A DNA stretch of 64,000 nt from Bugula neritina (taxonomy: Eukaryota > Animalia > Bryozoa). Location of the stretch: the NCBI GenBank assembly GCA_964035545.1, contig OZ037770.1, positions 1,364,001 through 1,428,000 on the forward strand. The letters are read 5' to 3'. A program made the translations under genes and the position numbers. Of the stretch, positions 22,101 through 37,400 are shown piece by piece. Position 1 is the stretch's first letter. Each line of letters opens with the position of its first letter. The notes below the pieces were generated by a model, which was given only the letters and a program-made list of their open reading frames with translations, was not told where the DNA came from and did no database searches.

Positions 22101-22999
22101 GAGGCTACTGAAGAATCACAAAACCACACTACCATAGTTGTAAAGCTGGAACTCAGATCCAAGGAATGGAGGCAATGAACCCGCACTAGAATAGCCATAT
22201 AGCTATTTCCAATAACTGAGTTACAGTCACTCAACGTTCTGATCATTGATTTTAAATTTGGCTAAAGTCATTTGGATACATAACTCAATGTGTTTTACTT
22301 GCTAGCTACCAACCTGTATATGTACTACCCTCTATAAATTTAGAACAGCTATATATAACTCCATAATGTAATTTATCATCCTTCATCTTCCACGCTTGCC
22401 TAGATCGTAACAACACCCGCATTCAGTAGAGTGTCTAGAACTGGTAACCTAATAACGCCTAGTTGCCTTTACCGACAAACTAACTATTGAATCAGAGTAG
22501 TATTGCCAATAAATCTGATTATTTTCTTGTGCTAAAGGGTTTGCAATTCTTTTGAGAAACAACACAGCTTGTTTATTGTTTTTTTAGGCTGTCTTAATTT
22601 TGAGATTAATATACAAACTATCTCAGTTTCCGTAAGTGAGTAAGGTTAAAATAACAGCCTAATATTTATAAAATAGCCTAGCTTTTGAACAGATAATTGA
22701 ATTGCTCCCATATTTAGTGTTTCAGTATTTTTACTTTAACTTAGACTGCTAGTTTCTGAATAGAAATCTTAACCATTATTTACAAAAGAGGATAGTTTGA
22801 AATAACAGTTTACTCTGTATAAAATAACATTAGCTAGCAATATCTGTGCATTCTTGCTTTTGTTCTACTATTTGCTCAAGACTCAATTTAAAAGCAATTG
22901 CTTATTCAGGTTATCTATCTCTATAAATGTCACAGCTGTTATCAGTGTGTTCTATCTATAGCTTAGTCAATGAGTTCTACCACATAACTGGGGTTGGGC

Positions 23000-23077
23000 C
23001 GTCATAAGAACCAACCCTCGTCATAAGAACCAACCCTCGTCATAAGAACCAACCCTCGTCATAAGAACCAATCCTCG
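23000..23077. repeat. 19-bp tandem repeat x4 (cgtcataagaaccaaccct)
   Basis: Four head-to-tail units, one substitution in the last, no spacers. Confidence 0.95.
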
Positions 23078-23516
23078 AATGAATGAAATCAAAGCTACGA
23101 ATGGCTTCTGTCAAGCCCACTAAAATACATGAGGTGCAGTAAAGTTTGATATATTCAAAATAACCTTTCGTAATGTTTTATTTTAATGCAGTATGATTCT
23201 CAGCTTGTTCTCTTAGTTCTTTAGTTGCAACAGCTTTGAATCTATAGGTAGTTGCAAACAAATTAGATAAAAAGACGGCAAAAGAAAATATTAAGCAGAT
23301 GACACTTTTGGAACTCGTACTAGCTTTTCGATTGCGGAGCAACAATGTGGGGCCCAGCAGAAGTTAGGTTTAGTCACGATACCTAAATGAAGTCATGTTG
23401 AAAAACTGCACTTGGCTAAAAAAAGATGGAGGTCACCGTGGCATGTAATATATTTTGAAAAACAAAAAAATTTTTTGCATAGAATTTTTGTTCATCTTTG
23501 TTCACCATTATAAAAC

Positions 23517-23606
23517 TTTTGCCAGCAATGGGATTCAAACCCAGGACCTCTGGCTTGGCAAGCCAACTAACCATTACACCACAAAGACCACAAAGTAAAC
23601 TCAGCC
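23517..23606 (-). mobile_element. tRNA-derived short repeat family A (degenerate)
   Basis: Reverse complement has gagtttac..gtaatggttag..aagccagaggtcctgggtttgaatccc. Confidence 0.6.
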
Positions 23607-23674
23607 CCACAACCAGTTTTACCCATTTTCTAACTCAACCAAATTGTTCCATCTTACTCCATCACTCTCATTAC

Positions 23675-23785
23675 TTCTGATAAGATCTAGCCAAAGGGTG
23701 GTTTTGACTGTGTCACTGAATTGGTTGTCCATGCCCTTTGCTTTTCTTCTCGGCATTCTCCTGACATTTCCATCATCCACAGAAT
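23675..23785 (-). CDS. Putative upstream Syt1 exon giving an in-frame N-terminal extension
   Basis: Acceptor caacag next to 23785, ATG at 23756 (MPRRKAKGMDNQFSDTVKTTLWLDLIR) and a phase-1 donor A|gtaatg. This would splice in frame to the exon starting at 17176 (TA GAG TCA AGT AGA ATG). Confidence 0.4.
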
Positions 23786-26589
23786 CTGTTGATTTTAAAA
23801 ACACAGAAACTGAAAGTATTTTTAAAACATATATAAAACATAAAATAAACTGGAACTTGCAAGAATTGAATTCTCGATTAGAAAGAAAAACTCATTGCTA
23901 TGGTTGGGCAAGTTATAGAATAATTACTTAGTCATGGCACCATAAAACATTTTGATTTTATGTGAAATATCTTCTGTGAGTATAATTTTGAATTGGTTAC
24001 TAAAAATAAGCAGTTGTTGATTGACTGAGTGAATGAATATATTCAGTTTGTTTCAGTTCATTAAATATTAGCGATTGATTTTCCTCTTAGAAATTTTTTT
24101 AGGTATTTTAGCATCAACATTATTTAAACTGTCTCTATTTAGCAGTCCCCAGTAGCCAACCATATTAGGCTCAATTAGTTGGAATTGAACCAACTGGCTA
24201 GAAGATACATTTTGGTTGCTATAGGAACAGTAGCTTCCTGCTTAAGCTAGTGTGTAAAAGCATGTTATATCAATGACAATTAGTTGAGTAAGGTTTGTAG
24301 CGCGTAAACCAATGCTATGCATAATTGAATGCAAAACAGCAATATGATAATAATTTAATGCAATGGTACTTGCATACATGGTACAACTCGTACAAGGAGA
24401 ATAGCTTTTACTATCGAAATGTCAGGGAGTCAAACAAGTTCTATAGCATTCAATGAGAAGGTTTTTACAGTATTGAGCTGTTAGTTCCAACACCTTGCAG
24501 TAAAGTGAGCTATAGAGAAAGATTAGTAGTGGAAGAACAAAAGACCAAGAGAGATATGAATGTGTGATAATCTTTTAACAGACAGCATTTATAGCACTAC
24601 CTGACAGCTGTCACTTGCTAAAGTATGATGCAATACAGTCCCTGAATGTTCAAATACAGGTGCTAGAAATCTTACTATACTTCACACTTCTCATTTTCAA
24701 ATGATGACTGTACAATGTCATATGTTTGTTTGAAGACTCAGTATTTTGTGAGAGTTTACATTTGACAGTTTTAAGCAGCCTAATGACGATGTCGTTTTAC
24801 TATGCTATAGCAAAATGTTTTGTAGACAATAAATGTGACTCATGAACACCCTTGCTAAAATCATAAATTCTCATGCTGATATCCAAATCCATAAACTAGT
24901 GCTTTCACCTCTGGAGTCTAAACCATCCTACTTCTTTTTGAAAAATAAACTACGAGGTTCGGGTTGCTTGAATTATCCTCAATTCGTTAGCAAAGCATCT
25001 TTGTCGCTAAAAACATTTTCAAACTAAAAAACATCAATTCTAAAAGCTTTGAATATTAAATGATTGGTTTTTGCGAAAGTATAATATGCAACTGTAAACT
25101 AATGTTCAAGTATCTATAACATCTAGTTATATAATTTTTAGCCACATTGACCTCCTAATTTGTATTTAAAAGCTTGAAGTCCTAACAATGATAGCCCCAA
25201 AAATAGCTTTGCTAATACTAAAATAAGACAGTGACACAAAAACAATTCACTATACAAGATAAATCTGGAGTTTTAGCTAGGTAATAAGACGACATAGCTT
25301 GAAGCCATGTGACAAGAAACAAAACAGAGTCAATGTTTTTCAAAATGATTATTTCCTGTCATCACATTTCACCAAGTTTGGAAGTTGGCTTCAAATTAGC
25401 TTTTCGGTGATAACCAAAGCTGTAAAGCTCTTACTGAATGTTCAAATGTTACTATGTAGGTATGTGAAAATTTTGCAGCATGCATGTTTACGAATTGTCA
25501 ACTTAATGTTTGACCAGTAACTGTGTACTTTGCTAAGTAAACTTATAAATAATAAAAGAACCTTAACAATGCATTAGCTGAATGTTATTGACTCAAATAT
25601 CCCATTGGGAAAAGTCTTAGAGAAACCTCTCAAGTTTTTACACAAGGTACCTCGATGGCATATATTACCTGCAAAACAATTGTAGCATAATATTCGTACA
25701 ACTTGGTCTTGTAGCCAATACAGCACCTTTATGTTTGAATGAGGCTTGGGCTTAATTTAAACAGCAATCATCTCCATGGTGCACTAACCTATTGGTATCA
25801 AAGAGAAAGTTCATAATGCACTGAATATACTAGATGGGCGTGTAGATACTGGTTATGCTGGTAAATTATAATACAGCTTTCAATAACAGCTGACTCAACT
25901 TGCAGTAAAATAACACAATTTTTATATAAAATACGTGGGTATACATTATATTATACATTCTATATACCAAAATAATAATACATGTATATTGCATGCATAG
26001 CTGGTGCCGAAAAAAGAGTGATTTAAAACAGAATATACGAAAGTGTAATAGTGTTAATGTAATTTTTTATAAAACTATAAAGTAATATTCATTTTGATTA
26101 CATGTTTTTTTGTGATACGTTAGATAAAAGATTTAATTTGAAATTTTACAACACTTCTGCCTAAATCATCCAATCTTCTTCAAAATCATAGCTGCTTTCG
26201 TTTAGGCTTTAACGTAATACTGTGAGATTAGTAATGGTGACTTAAAATTATACCAATTTATAAAGGTTTAGTTTAAGTAATTCAATGCTATGGCTTAGTT
26301 CTAAATACTGCATTGCTTTTAGTCTTTGTATGTTAGTTACTTTTCCCACGTGAGTTATAATTGTATATGCAGAGTCTTTCGAAGATCAGAGCAAATATTT
26401 ACCTGTTTGTTTTCTGATAAGTCAAGTAGCTCAATGAGCCATTGTTTCAATGTCTTTTCCTTAGCCCTGAGGGATGATAGAAAAGTTATGACTCTGCTTT
26501 GAGTGGCACTTTAATGAATAAAGTACCTAATAAAACTACAATTAGGTCCTTTGAGATTCATCTAAATAAGGTTTAAAATAATCCACAAT

Positions 26590-27432
26590 TACTCACGTCT
26601 TCAAGTTGAATATAAAAATATCAGCAATGAATTAGCTATATTTATATATTCAGCATGTTTATTTGCTCAACTGTTCCTTTTTCATACAAAAGTTTAATTA
26701 ACTTTAATGAAGAGATAACTCCTAAATACTTTGATCACATGATGGCTAGGATCACACGATCTACACACATAATATTATATAATTGACACTCTAATATGAA
26801 ATTGCATTTGCTGCATACATTCTGATCGTCCTTCTTTAATTGTTCATATTTACCCCCCTCTGGCTTACAAAAATACTAACTAAATCAATAAAAATTTCTG
26901 AAATCTTCAGGCAGCCATAAGAGTTTTCCTCCTTTCAAGAGCAGACAACTGTAAATTATAAATATACTATTCAGCAAAGACGTATGTTAGTGATTTACTA
27001 TCACAACTAACATTACATCATAGCAAGTTATTGATTGGCATGACCTTTAATTACAAAGTTTACAAAATCTACAGTTAGCTCTTTGTTATGGGAGGTAAAC
27101 TTGTAATCCTTACATGCTGTGATGTTACACATTAATGTAGGTTTTCACAGTATATGTGGTATGTAGAAATCACACATTGATATCCTGAGAATAAATGGTC
27201 AACGCTCTCTCTAACATTTTAATTAGAAAATTACCCAACAGTCTGTAGATGTCAATGTTCCTACATTAAAGCTGTTGATCTTTTGTTATATACTTTACAG
27301 GGTTGTGAAAAAAACTCATTAAAGTGATTAAAACATAGAATAGTACTGATGGAGAAAGCTACCACTTGCACGTTGTAGCAGACAGATCTGAGTTGCTTGA
27401 ATCTTCACCAGAGCATCAAATAACGGGTAAGT
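26590..27432. promoter_or_regulatory. Candidate bidirectional promoter with non-coding first exons of Syt1 (minus) and Syt7-like (plus)
   Basis: Minus-strand donor (gac|gtgagt, about 26591-26596) and plus-strand donor (cgg|gtaagt at 27427) point away from each other about 830 bp apart. Both start-codon exons (17176 and about 31444-31451) begin with splice acceptors, so upstream exons are required. Confidence 0.4.
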
Positions 27433-29332
27433 TTGTCTACAATATTACTTTTTTTTAACAGGAAGTATAATGTCTTTTAAATTTATATAGTTATGGCTAG
27501 CGCATGAACAACACAAATTCTAATATAATTAAAAAATTGCAACTATATTATAATATTGGCTAGAAGTATGGGTTTTTATGCTAAAAGCTTGCTTAAAGAT
27601 TTTTGTTAGCTCTGCACGGCTTTTTAGGCTTTGAACCACGTTTCTGACTTAATAAAAGAAATTTATATATTATATAGTCTACAATGAAGCATAGAGTTAT
27701 TTTAATTTTGCTGCTTATAATAATAAAAAAAATGTTGCAAAATTGTATATATAAATTTAAGCAGAAAATATTATAGTAGCCAGAAAAGAAGCTGCATAAG
27801 GTCTAGCTAAATGTGATGTAATATCAATGATTCAAATTACTGAAAACAGATTCAAAACAAGAACAAAATAACATTTAATAAGCTTTGTTATAAGCGTAAA
27901 TTTTACAACTCTTTGTTCACATTATCTATAAATTACCATTTTTCAGCTGTAAAAACACATGCCGCTTCAATTACAATTGAAACAAATAAACCATTTTATA
28001 CTTTGATTGCTTTTCAAAGCTATAACTCAAAAATTTATATCTATATCTATAATACTTTATAAAAGTAGAAATTACATTATAAATAAAATGCTAAATTAGA
28101 AAAAGAAACTATTGCAAACAGGCCTTTTTAGTAAATATAAAAAATTAGCATTTTGTGAAATGGTGTGTACACATTTTCAACAATTTTTATTGGGAAAAAT
28201 TAAAATTTCAAAAATCAACTTTTGACAAAGTTAAAAATATGACAGCTATAGTAAATAATTTTGAATAGCTGTCTTGATTATTGAAATTTGAATGTAGTTA
28301 AATAAAATAATTGATATTTGATAGACTTTAATTGTTAGTGGATAATTAACATTCTAATGTTAGCTGCAGCTGAAAGATGAGAACTTAATGTCAATAGCCT
28401 TGAAAAACACTAAAATAATTGACTCTTTCATAGACCCTGCACTTTACCAATCAATAAGACACTAACTCTACCTGTAGGTATGTGACAGCTGCAGGTTAAT
28501 GCACTCTATTTTACCTGCGGGCTAACTGGTCAATATATAAAATTATTATAATATTTATGAGCCTGATTGTGACTGGTGGATGGCATGTATTTGTCACGGT
28601 TCCTTCAGTCAATATCTATGGCCATGTTTTAGTCTGAATTTCTCTAGCTATTATATATGATAATAGGCAGCAGTCTAAAGTAAATATATGTATTCTTCTT
28701 TAAATAAGATGTTGTTTTATGCCAACAGAATTGAAATTAACTTTTTGGTATAAGATAAAATCATAAACTATTGTCTGAAATGCAATCTGAATTGATTGAT
28801 TGATTTATTTATTTCATATTACAAATGTGACAACACGTTGCTAAATTCACAGAGTCTATTAAAAATCCTTCATAGCAGCAACTTTTAAAGTCAGCATTTT
28901 AAAAGTTTGCATTTTAGTACAAATGGTTTTAAAAATATGCTTTGTTATATACAATGATGACTTTTTATAAATTACATAATATTCTGTTCTCTGCTCCATG
29001 CAGGTTCAGGCAAACTACTTTTAAGATTACATAACATATTAAATATACAGGATATAAAGCAATGATTGCAATATATAATAAAATAACGTAATGTAATAAT
29101 TAATATATTTGCACTGCAGCTGTCATGTGCAAGCTGCATGGGTTAAGGAACAGCAAGCTGTGTATCAAACGTATCTGTATGAATGACTTAATGACTCTGT
29201 GAAGTGTTTGTAATGAAATTTTCACAGGAAATTGAAGTTTGGTGACAGCTTGAGTCAATTCCATTTAATTCCAAGTTATTACTATTATAACTGTTCTAGT
29301 TAAATACAGCTGGCTTAGATTTACAAAAATAT

Positions 29333-29335
<3 letters not shown>

Positions 29336-29409
<74 letters not shown>

Positions 29410-29472
29410 AGCTGTGTGTGTGTGAGTGTGTGTGTGTGTGTGTGTGTGAGTGTGTGTGTGTGTGTGTGTGTG

Positions 29473-29514
<42 letters not shown>

Positions 29515-29587
29515 TGTGTGAGTGTGTGAGTGTGTGAGTGTGTGAGTGTGTGTGTGAGTGTGTGAGTGTGTGAGTGTGTGAGTGTGT

Positions 29588-29671
<84 letters not shown>

Positions 29672-29714
29672 GTGTTTGTGTGTGTGTGTGTGTGTGTTGT
29701 GTGTGTGTGTGTGT
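29336..29714. repeat. Compound microsatellite (TA)n followed by (TG)n/(TGTGAG)n
   Basis: Directly visible. It explains the spurious HT-repeat ORF 29408-29719. Confidence 0.98.
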
Positions 29715-31461
29715 TGCATAAATGCTTTAGGAAATAATGCTTATACTTATTAAAGGTGTAACTTAGTTATCCAATAATAGAAACTTTTTATTATATTTTG
29801 TAATTCTTTTGACAAAAATTTGAAAATATGATGTTGGCGCAGCTCTATGTATCTTGTTAAACTTAATTACTTGCACAGCTCTACTTAAATCATATAACTT
29901 TTAAATTATAAAGTAATATTGATTTTTTAAATAATTACTCAAATAAGATGCAGAGTTAGTTTACAGAAGCTAATAGTTGAATATCAGTTTCAAGTGTTTA
30001 ACAACTCACCATCATCTTGCGTCTTAATGACACCTTAGTTCAAGTACTTGTCAAGTATGTATTATATCTATTTACTGTATTTGCTTAAAAAGCTGCTATA
30101 CGGTCTTAGTTTGTAAAACAATTAAGAAAGCTGTAAATAATGACTCTATAGCCTGCCTCAAATTACATTAAACTGTTTAATTACTGAAAGTATATATTTT
30201 ACAAATCTAAGAAGTATGAACAGAGATTGATATCTTTTACTTCTTAGGTTTAGATTTAGCATTATGTAGTTTATAGTTCACTGAAATATTTGTTTCTATA
30301 TGATTTTACAAATTCACTTCACACTTCACAGTTTTACGTGTACATGTGCTGCTCTATCTACTCTACCTTCCGCGATGTTTTGAAATTTTATATAATTTTC
30401 ATGCAAGAAATTTAATTGGTAAATGTGGGGGAGGGGGGAATCTAAAGCTTTTTGGCTAAAAATTATAAACTTCTGTTATTCATTAATTTAAGCCATTTGT
30501 AAGCACAACAATTGTAAATTTCATTCTTTATTTTCCGTTATTTTATTTATTCAATTTTCAATAGGCATATAACTTTGTTCCAGCTTACAATCTAAAGACT
30601 GTAAAATTGTTCAAACTTGTTCCAATTGCACATAGATAAGGAAACTATAAACGTGAATAAACCTTTCTGAAGGTTTATTGAAAGTTTTAAAAGTTGTCTA
30701 AAGAAGCCGAATTATTGTAACAGAGTTTGTAACCCAAATTATTATCATAAACACAATTACCTCTAGGTAGACTCTAAAATTTGAAATGGCATATTAAGTA
30801 TATAGGCTTTTTCTATTCAGCATCCATTTCTAATACACAAGCTAAAAAGTTTAATCATCTTCATATATATGCATGATTGCTCTACAAGCAAACATCTTAT
30901 TCTAGCATGCGTGTTTATTTCAGTAAGCAAGCATATTATACAGAGTAAACATTATTCATTGAGTTTTGGCACACTATTATATAATCAAGTCCTTAGTTGC
31001 AGTAACTCCTTCTTTATCTGTCTAATGCCTCTTTGAATTATCGACTTTTTATTGATTAAAATAGTAAATGAAATGCTTAGAGCTTCCTTTAATAGAATAA
31101 ATTATATCAAAACCTTAGAATGAAAATCAGCAAGCAAAACCTTCACTTCAATTTGAATATAATAATTAGAAATTGAGTTATTGCTTTGCTCATTGAGCAA
31201 TAAAAATCACGACATTTTCACAGTTGCTAGTTTGTTAAAGTTTATTCATGCAACTTTGATTGCTTAAATAGTAGATATTTAATTACAAATTCAACTATTT
31301 AAACTGGTAATATTTAGGATGAATTTTTTAGAAAGGAAAAAGCTTATTAGAGTAGTAACTCATAAAATGTTTAAATTTCACACAAACATATAGTTATTAC
31401 GATAATAAAGTCTAAGATAATTATATTGAATTTATAATTTTAGATTTCAGTAAGAGACAAG

Positions 31462-34400
31462 ATGCAGTCTGGGACGCTTACAGCTATTATAGTTAGCGTA
31501 GTGGTAATAGCAGCAGCCGCTATATTATTCAGTTTCATATACTACCTTCTACACAAAAGAGCAAAGAAGAAGTTAGCGGACACAGAGGCGGAATTTAGTG
31601 CCAGACTCGAAGCTGAGAGATTAAACAAGAAGAACAAAAAGAATTGGAAAGATAGAATAACTACGAGAAAGACAATCAAGTGAGAGAGCAATTCCCATCT
31701 AGCTAAAATTGTCTACCTTTTCTTCAGTTTTGGTATATAGGATTGTAGATCTGAGAAATTAAACTTTTTGTGAAGGTCCCATCACTGTAGCTTTGTGATC
31801 ACCAATGCGGTAGCCCCTGTAGTAGAATAGTCATTATGCCTGCTTGCATGCCTAAGGTCCGCAGTTCAAATCCCAGTGGGGGCAAAAAATTTTTTACAAT
31901 CACAGAGCAATTTTCAAGTACCTTGAAGTGAAAAAAATTAGGTTCTTTTTAAATCTGTATCTGGGTTGCAGGTTTATGAGCCCCCACGCTCAAGGAGAAT
32001 TGAGAACTCAGGCTGTACAGCCAGACGCTTCGAAATCAGGAATAAAAATTAACCAGAAATTAGGCTATCAGCAAGATCCTCAAAAGGTGAGTCAGCTTTT
32101 CAAAACTGGTTTAGGTTAAAACGTAATTTTTATCTTATCAGTTTTCTATCCTGTAGGCTAATAACTTTTAAAGTCACCGATAAAACACTATAGGTTTGCA
32201 AAATTTTTATGTCAGAAAGTTGTCCTATATGCTAGAACAGTTAATAAAATTTCCCCTGAAATAGTTTTATTTTATCCAGTGAGAGTAAAGTACCTTAGAA
32301 ACTGTTGTTTGTGTGTCTCTATAGCAACCGTTGCTACCACATGCTTACCAGACCGGGATGATTGGGGCTGAAGAGATTGGGGCATTGGACGGAGCTATGT
32401 ACAACCCCATGGCATACTACTCTCTCGAACATGCTGATAACCTAAATACAGAGCCGAAAAACAAAAATAGAGTGAGTGAGATATACTCCTTTCTGCCGTT
32501 GATAATCTGCTAGTCTATGTTACTAAAAAATAGCATGAGTTTATAGATACACTCCCTTCCTTTATAAATTCATACAATCCGCTACTCTATAATGTTAAAA
32601 TTACACCCTGTAAAACTAGTACCTCTGCACTAACTTTCATGCAAGTCAAATGACTTGAAATTCAACTTGAGTCTTCTTTTTTGCTTCTATATTTTGTTAG
32701 CAGTTGAACAAGCTTAGCACTGATTAGTCATATTGGCTCTGTAAATAAACAGTTTGTCAAATGTTTGTACAATAATCAAGAAAATTCCAAGAAAACTTAT
32801 TGAAGTAAAGTGGATTTTGAATTTAAGTTCTAAGAAGTTTAAAACTACCGACTCATCAACTCCCATGTGAAATAGGTAATACATTATACATGATTATACA
32901 TCTAGGCTTATGATGCAACAGGATGAAGTAAAACTAAATTCTATACTCAATACTATATTTGAGTAGACATCAATACTCACTGAGGTCTAGTGGGAGGTGA
33001 ATTAAGAAGTATATTAATAAACTGCATTGTGTATATGTGAATCAGTACACTTCCTGTGATAAACAACATCTTTGACAGCTTTCCAATAGCTAGTTTGATC
33101 AACTAGCTATTAGAAAGCTTTCAAAGATGTTTTAACTACTCACTAAGTTGAATTTAATTTTATATGACATGGAACCATGACTCTAACTGATAAATGAAGT
33201 TCTTATTCAAGAAAATCTTTTAATCGTTTACCAGTTAGGTAAACAAGTTTGGTTGTCCTTATGTTCAGCATGAGCTACAGAGTATTTTTCAGTTAATGCA
33301 ATATGATTTGTTAAATAGAGTTAATATTAAAATGTATGCATGGTAATGGAAAAGAAGCTGGTCATTTTTAAGAAAATCATTTTTCTTTCAACAGAACCTT
33401 GGCTCCATAGTGTTTGCGTTGAGATATGACTTTGAGGTACAGAATCTGGAGATTAGAGTAGTGAGATGCTGGAAACTGCCAGCTAAAGACTTAGGAGGCA
33501 CCAGTGACCCTTATGTCAGGGCCATCATCACCCCCTACCACAAAAAGTATGTCTTAGAGACCAAAAAGAAAATGAAAGAGCTTAACCCTGAGTGGAGAGA
33601 AACATTTCATTTCGAAGGTAACGTTGTTTATCTTTGGTCGAGCTACACATGGAAAATGCAGGATGTAATTATAGTTTGTCAAGCTCAGTTACTAATATAA
33701 TAGTTACATGTTATCATAAATTAGGTATTTGATTACATATGCATTTAGATAATGTTTAGATCAATTATTTTAAATATGATTATTAGGCATGAAAAAAGCA
33801 TTGCAGCTTTTAAATAACTATTTCTTAACACACACAAAACCTGGAAACTAAGATATGAGTTATTAGATGAAAGCACTTGCATGTCACATGTCATGTTCAT
33901 GTCATGTCATGTTAGGTGGTTGAACTTTGACAAGAGGTCATTCAATCAGAATTAGCTCTGTGTTACTTGAATCCATGCTGACAGCATAACCTGGGGTAAA
34001 AAATTAATAAATCTGAAGAGCCTTATAAGTAGCGATAGGTGACCTACATGTAGAGCAAACAAAACATGATATAAAGCAAAGCTAAGTTTTCCATCTTAGG
34101 AGTTAAAATGCATCGACATTCTTTCAAAACAAATAGCTGTTTCAATTTCTTTGTTGTGTTTTGTGACCCAACAATAACTTTTTATTAGCAAAAACCAAGT
34201 ATGGTATTTCCAAAAGGTTTGTGTGAATAAATTGTTTTACTTAAAATACAAGTGACCTAATAATATGAAACTTCATACAAATATATAAAACACTTTACCT
34301 TTTTAGGGTTTCCTCTAGCTAAGCTACAACGGAAAACGCTAGTACTGCAAGTTCTAGACTTTGACATGTTTTCTAAAGACGACCCAATAGGAGAAGTGGA

Positions 34401-37400
34401 AGTGCAGCTCGGGGAACTAAACTTCTACCAGCCCAATGAGTTCCACCTTCACCTTAGTCCGTGTACTGGAGACCGGGTAAGATTGGTAGCCTCATCTCCA
34501 GATCAGAGTACGTTTGTAACAATGACCTTCACCTCTTAACCTTTAACATTGCATCATCTTAAAATCACACCTGTACAGTTAGTTGTGCCGATTTATATTG
34601 TAACATCACATAGAGTTGTGTGTGTGATTAAACGGAGTTTTCTTATTGTAATAACTAAAGTTAGTCTTGGCTTAGCTTATGACGGGTAGCATGTAGTTTC
34701 TTTTCTTGAGGGTGGGAATTATAGTCACTTCTTTGCTTAAATGTTATAATACTTAAACAATTACCTATTTTTATAATTAAACAGCTCCAGCCTGTTGCCG
34801 AATCTCAAATATTTAAATTGTAAAATCATTAAGTTATGATAATTAAAATCAACTGACACTTAGCATTTTTTCTGGCAACTAGCAACTGGCAAATTCTAGC
34901 TTATTTTTGCCACAATATAAAAACTAGTCATGAAATCATTTTTTTCTATCAAATGATAGAAAATTTTGTACTATTGTAGATGGGAATTGATGGCCCACAG
35001 GTGTGGAATTAGATTTGTATTCTAATATTTAGTTCTGTTGCTTTTTTAATTAGAGTTAGCTTCTCTTGAAAAACACATCAATATTGAAGCAACCGCGTAT
35101 CATTCCTGAGAGCGTAACTGAGTTTGTTGCATTGACTACCAATATAATTGAGTTTTAGTAGGCTAGTTTACGGCCAGCTTGTCTTGACAAAGCAAACCTA
35201 TGTTGTATTTCGAGTTGAAAACCTGGTTAACAGCTAAAATTTAGCTCGTAAAATGTCACGTCCCAGCATGTATATAGTCTGTGTTTAGTAAATCAAACAT
35301 ATTGTATGTCTGCATGCTCATGTCCATATCCTAACTATAGATTCGTGTGCTCCTGAATAGTGTTGTCTGTTATTTGGTTTATGTTAACATGCAGTGAATT
35401 TGTTTAGTTTAACTTCATCTCCTACAGAGTGGATATTTGTTCACAGCAGTTGCATTGCATACAGTTTTGTGTAAATTAAAGTGACGAGCATAAATTTTGG
35501 TGATCAAAACCCAGCATAGTCAACTATTAATTAGTAATAAAAGTTTTTATTCTGATAGCAACGCAACTAATAGTAAATTTTTTATTTAAACTCATTCAAA
35601 ATACAACCTTGCATAAATATTTAAATGCTAAGAATTCTTCTAAAGCAGTCGTAGTATGAGTTGTACTCCACCATCCCTCCATTTTTTAGTTTTAATCACT
35701 TCGATTCGTAAGTTAGCTCTTTGCTCTCAGAGGTAATTGGGCAGCTCCTCCAAAAAGTTATCTTAACAGTCTAACGTTTTGGCATCATCTAACCAATCGC
35801 TGTCCTCATTAAAATCAGTAACTCATGTTTGTCTTTATGAAAAAATCGGACTCATGGATTGTAGAAACTATTATTTTCAGCTTTTACAATACAAGCTGTA
35901 GCTCAATGCTGTTTTTTTAAAAACATTTAATTTGAAACGCTGCTGGTATTGACATTACTTTTAATTGTTATTATAAAAACTGTGAATCTTGAATCCTATA
36001 AATTCAATCACTGCAGCTCTGATGACAGCGGTAATGAGTTGCTGCTGTCATTTAAACAATTACAAAAACTGTGAACTCATTTTTGCTGCACTAAAAGGGA
36101 GTTATGTCCACTGTGTTATTGGAAGCTGCTTAATGTCTGTAAATTAAATCTTTTAACAGTTTGCAGTTTTGAAAAACTTATTCTTTGCAAAATAAAAAAA
36201 ATTTCTAGCGAGGTTTAACAGGAACATCTTTTATATGGAAGCTTGTCTCATTTGAAATAGTATTATTTTAAAGCAGTTGATATAAAATGACTATTATGCA
36301 CTATTGCAAAAGGAAAAAAAAGTAACAGTAACTCAAAATAAAGTTTATAAAATGGAATAACTAATCACGCAGCATGATTCCTGCAGCAACCATTTGTGTT
36401 CCCTTAATTCTCTATCTCCTTTGTTCAGGTGATGGAATGTTACTAATGGTAGAAAAAATGTTTTGCTCATATTACTAATTTATTATAAAGTGCAATTACA
36501 ATAATTTCGCTTAGATGAATACTCTAATTATTATAGAGTTTGATGGTGTCCTATTTATAACCATTTACCATGTGTAGCTGTGTATAGAAAAGTTGATAAA
36601 ATAATAATGTAATATTTGGTATTGAATCACTTGAGTTAGCATATTACTATAGTTACTAGTAACTGAATGAAAACATGAGTCACTTTGTACTTTTAGAGAG
36701 GTCTGGGAGACATTCTGGTTTCCCTCAACTACAACAACAAAACAAGCCAGCTCACAGTCATTATCGTAAAGGCAAGAAATCTCAAAGCTAAAGACATTAA
36801 TGGGCTCTCGGGTGAGTCATTGTTTTAGTTACAAGCAGAATCGAAGAGGTCAATGTGATCATGTTGAAAACTGTAATGGTGTAAGATACCAGTGAAGCTA
36901 GAGAATGCTACCTAATGATTTAAACTTATAAGTTACAAACAGGTATTTTATCTAGAACAAAATATACAAGTGTTTGAGCTAAATTTAATCATAACCACCA
37001 TATTAAATAGTAAAGGATATGCAACACAAAACTTTAGACTCTGAGTGTAGGATAACAAGGCAATTATTGCTTGACGATCAATTTCTCCTGATTCATTAGT
37101 TAAATCTTCTTTATTCATTTTGATAAAGAGCGTAAACATCTTTTCTAGATCCCTATGTCAAGGTTTATCTTCTATACCAATGCCAGCGAATAGAAAAAAA
37201 GAAAACTCAAATAATATTTAAAGACTTGAACCCGGTGTACGAAGAGTCGTTGACTTTCTCTGTGACAAGAGATAAGATAAAAGACAGCGGGATCCACGTG
37301 GTTGTTAATGACTACGACAAATGGGGAGCAAATGAGTTGATAGGAGAGCTAGTTTTATCGAGTCGTAGTGGCACTCAAGAGATCAAGCATTGGAATGAGA

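Noticed and set aside
23000-23077. CRISPR-like array
   Set aside because: Repeats are contiguous with no spacers, there are no cas genes and the context is eukaryotic. The same applies to 49203-49323.
29408-29719. 103-aa His/Thr-rich ORF
   Set aside because: Translation of a (CA)n microsatellite.
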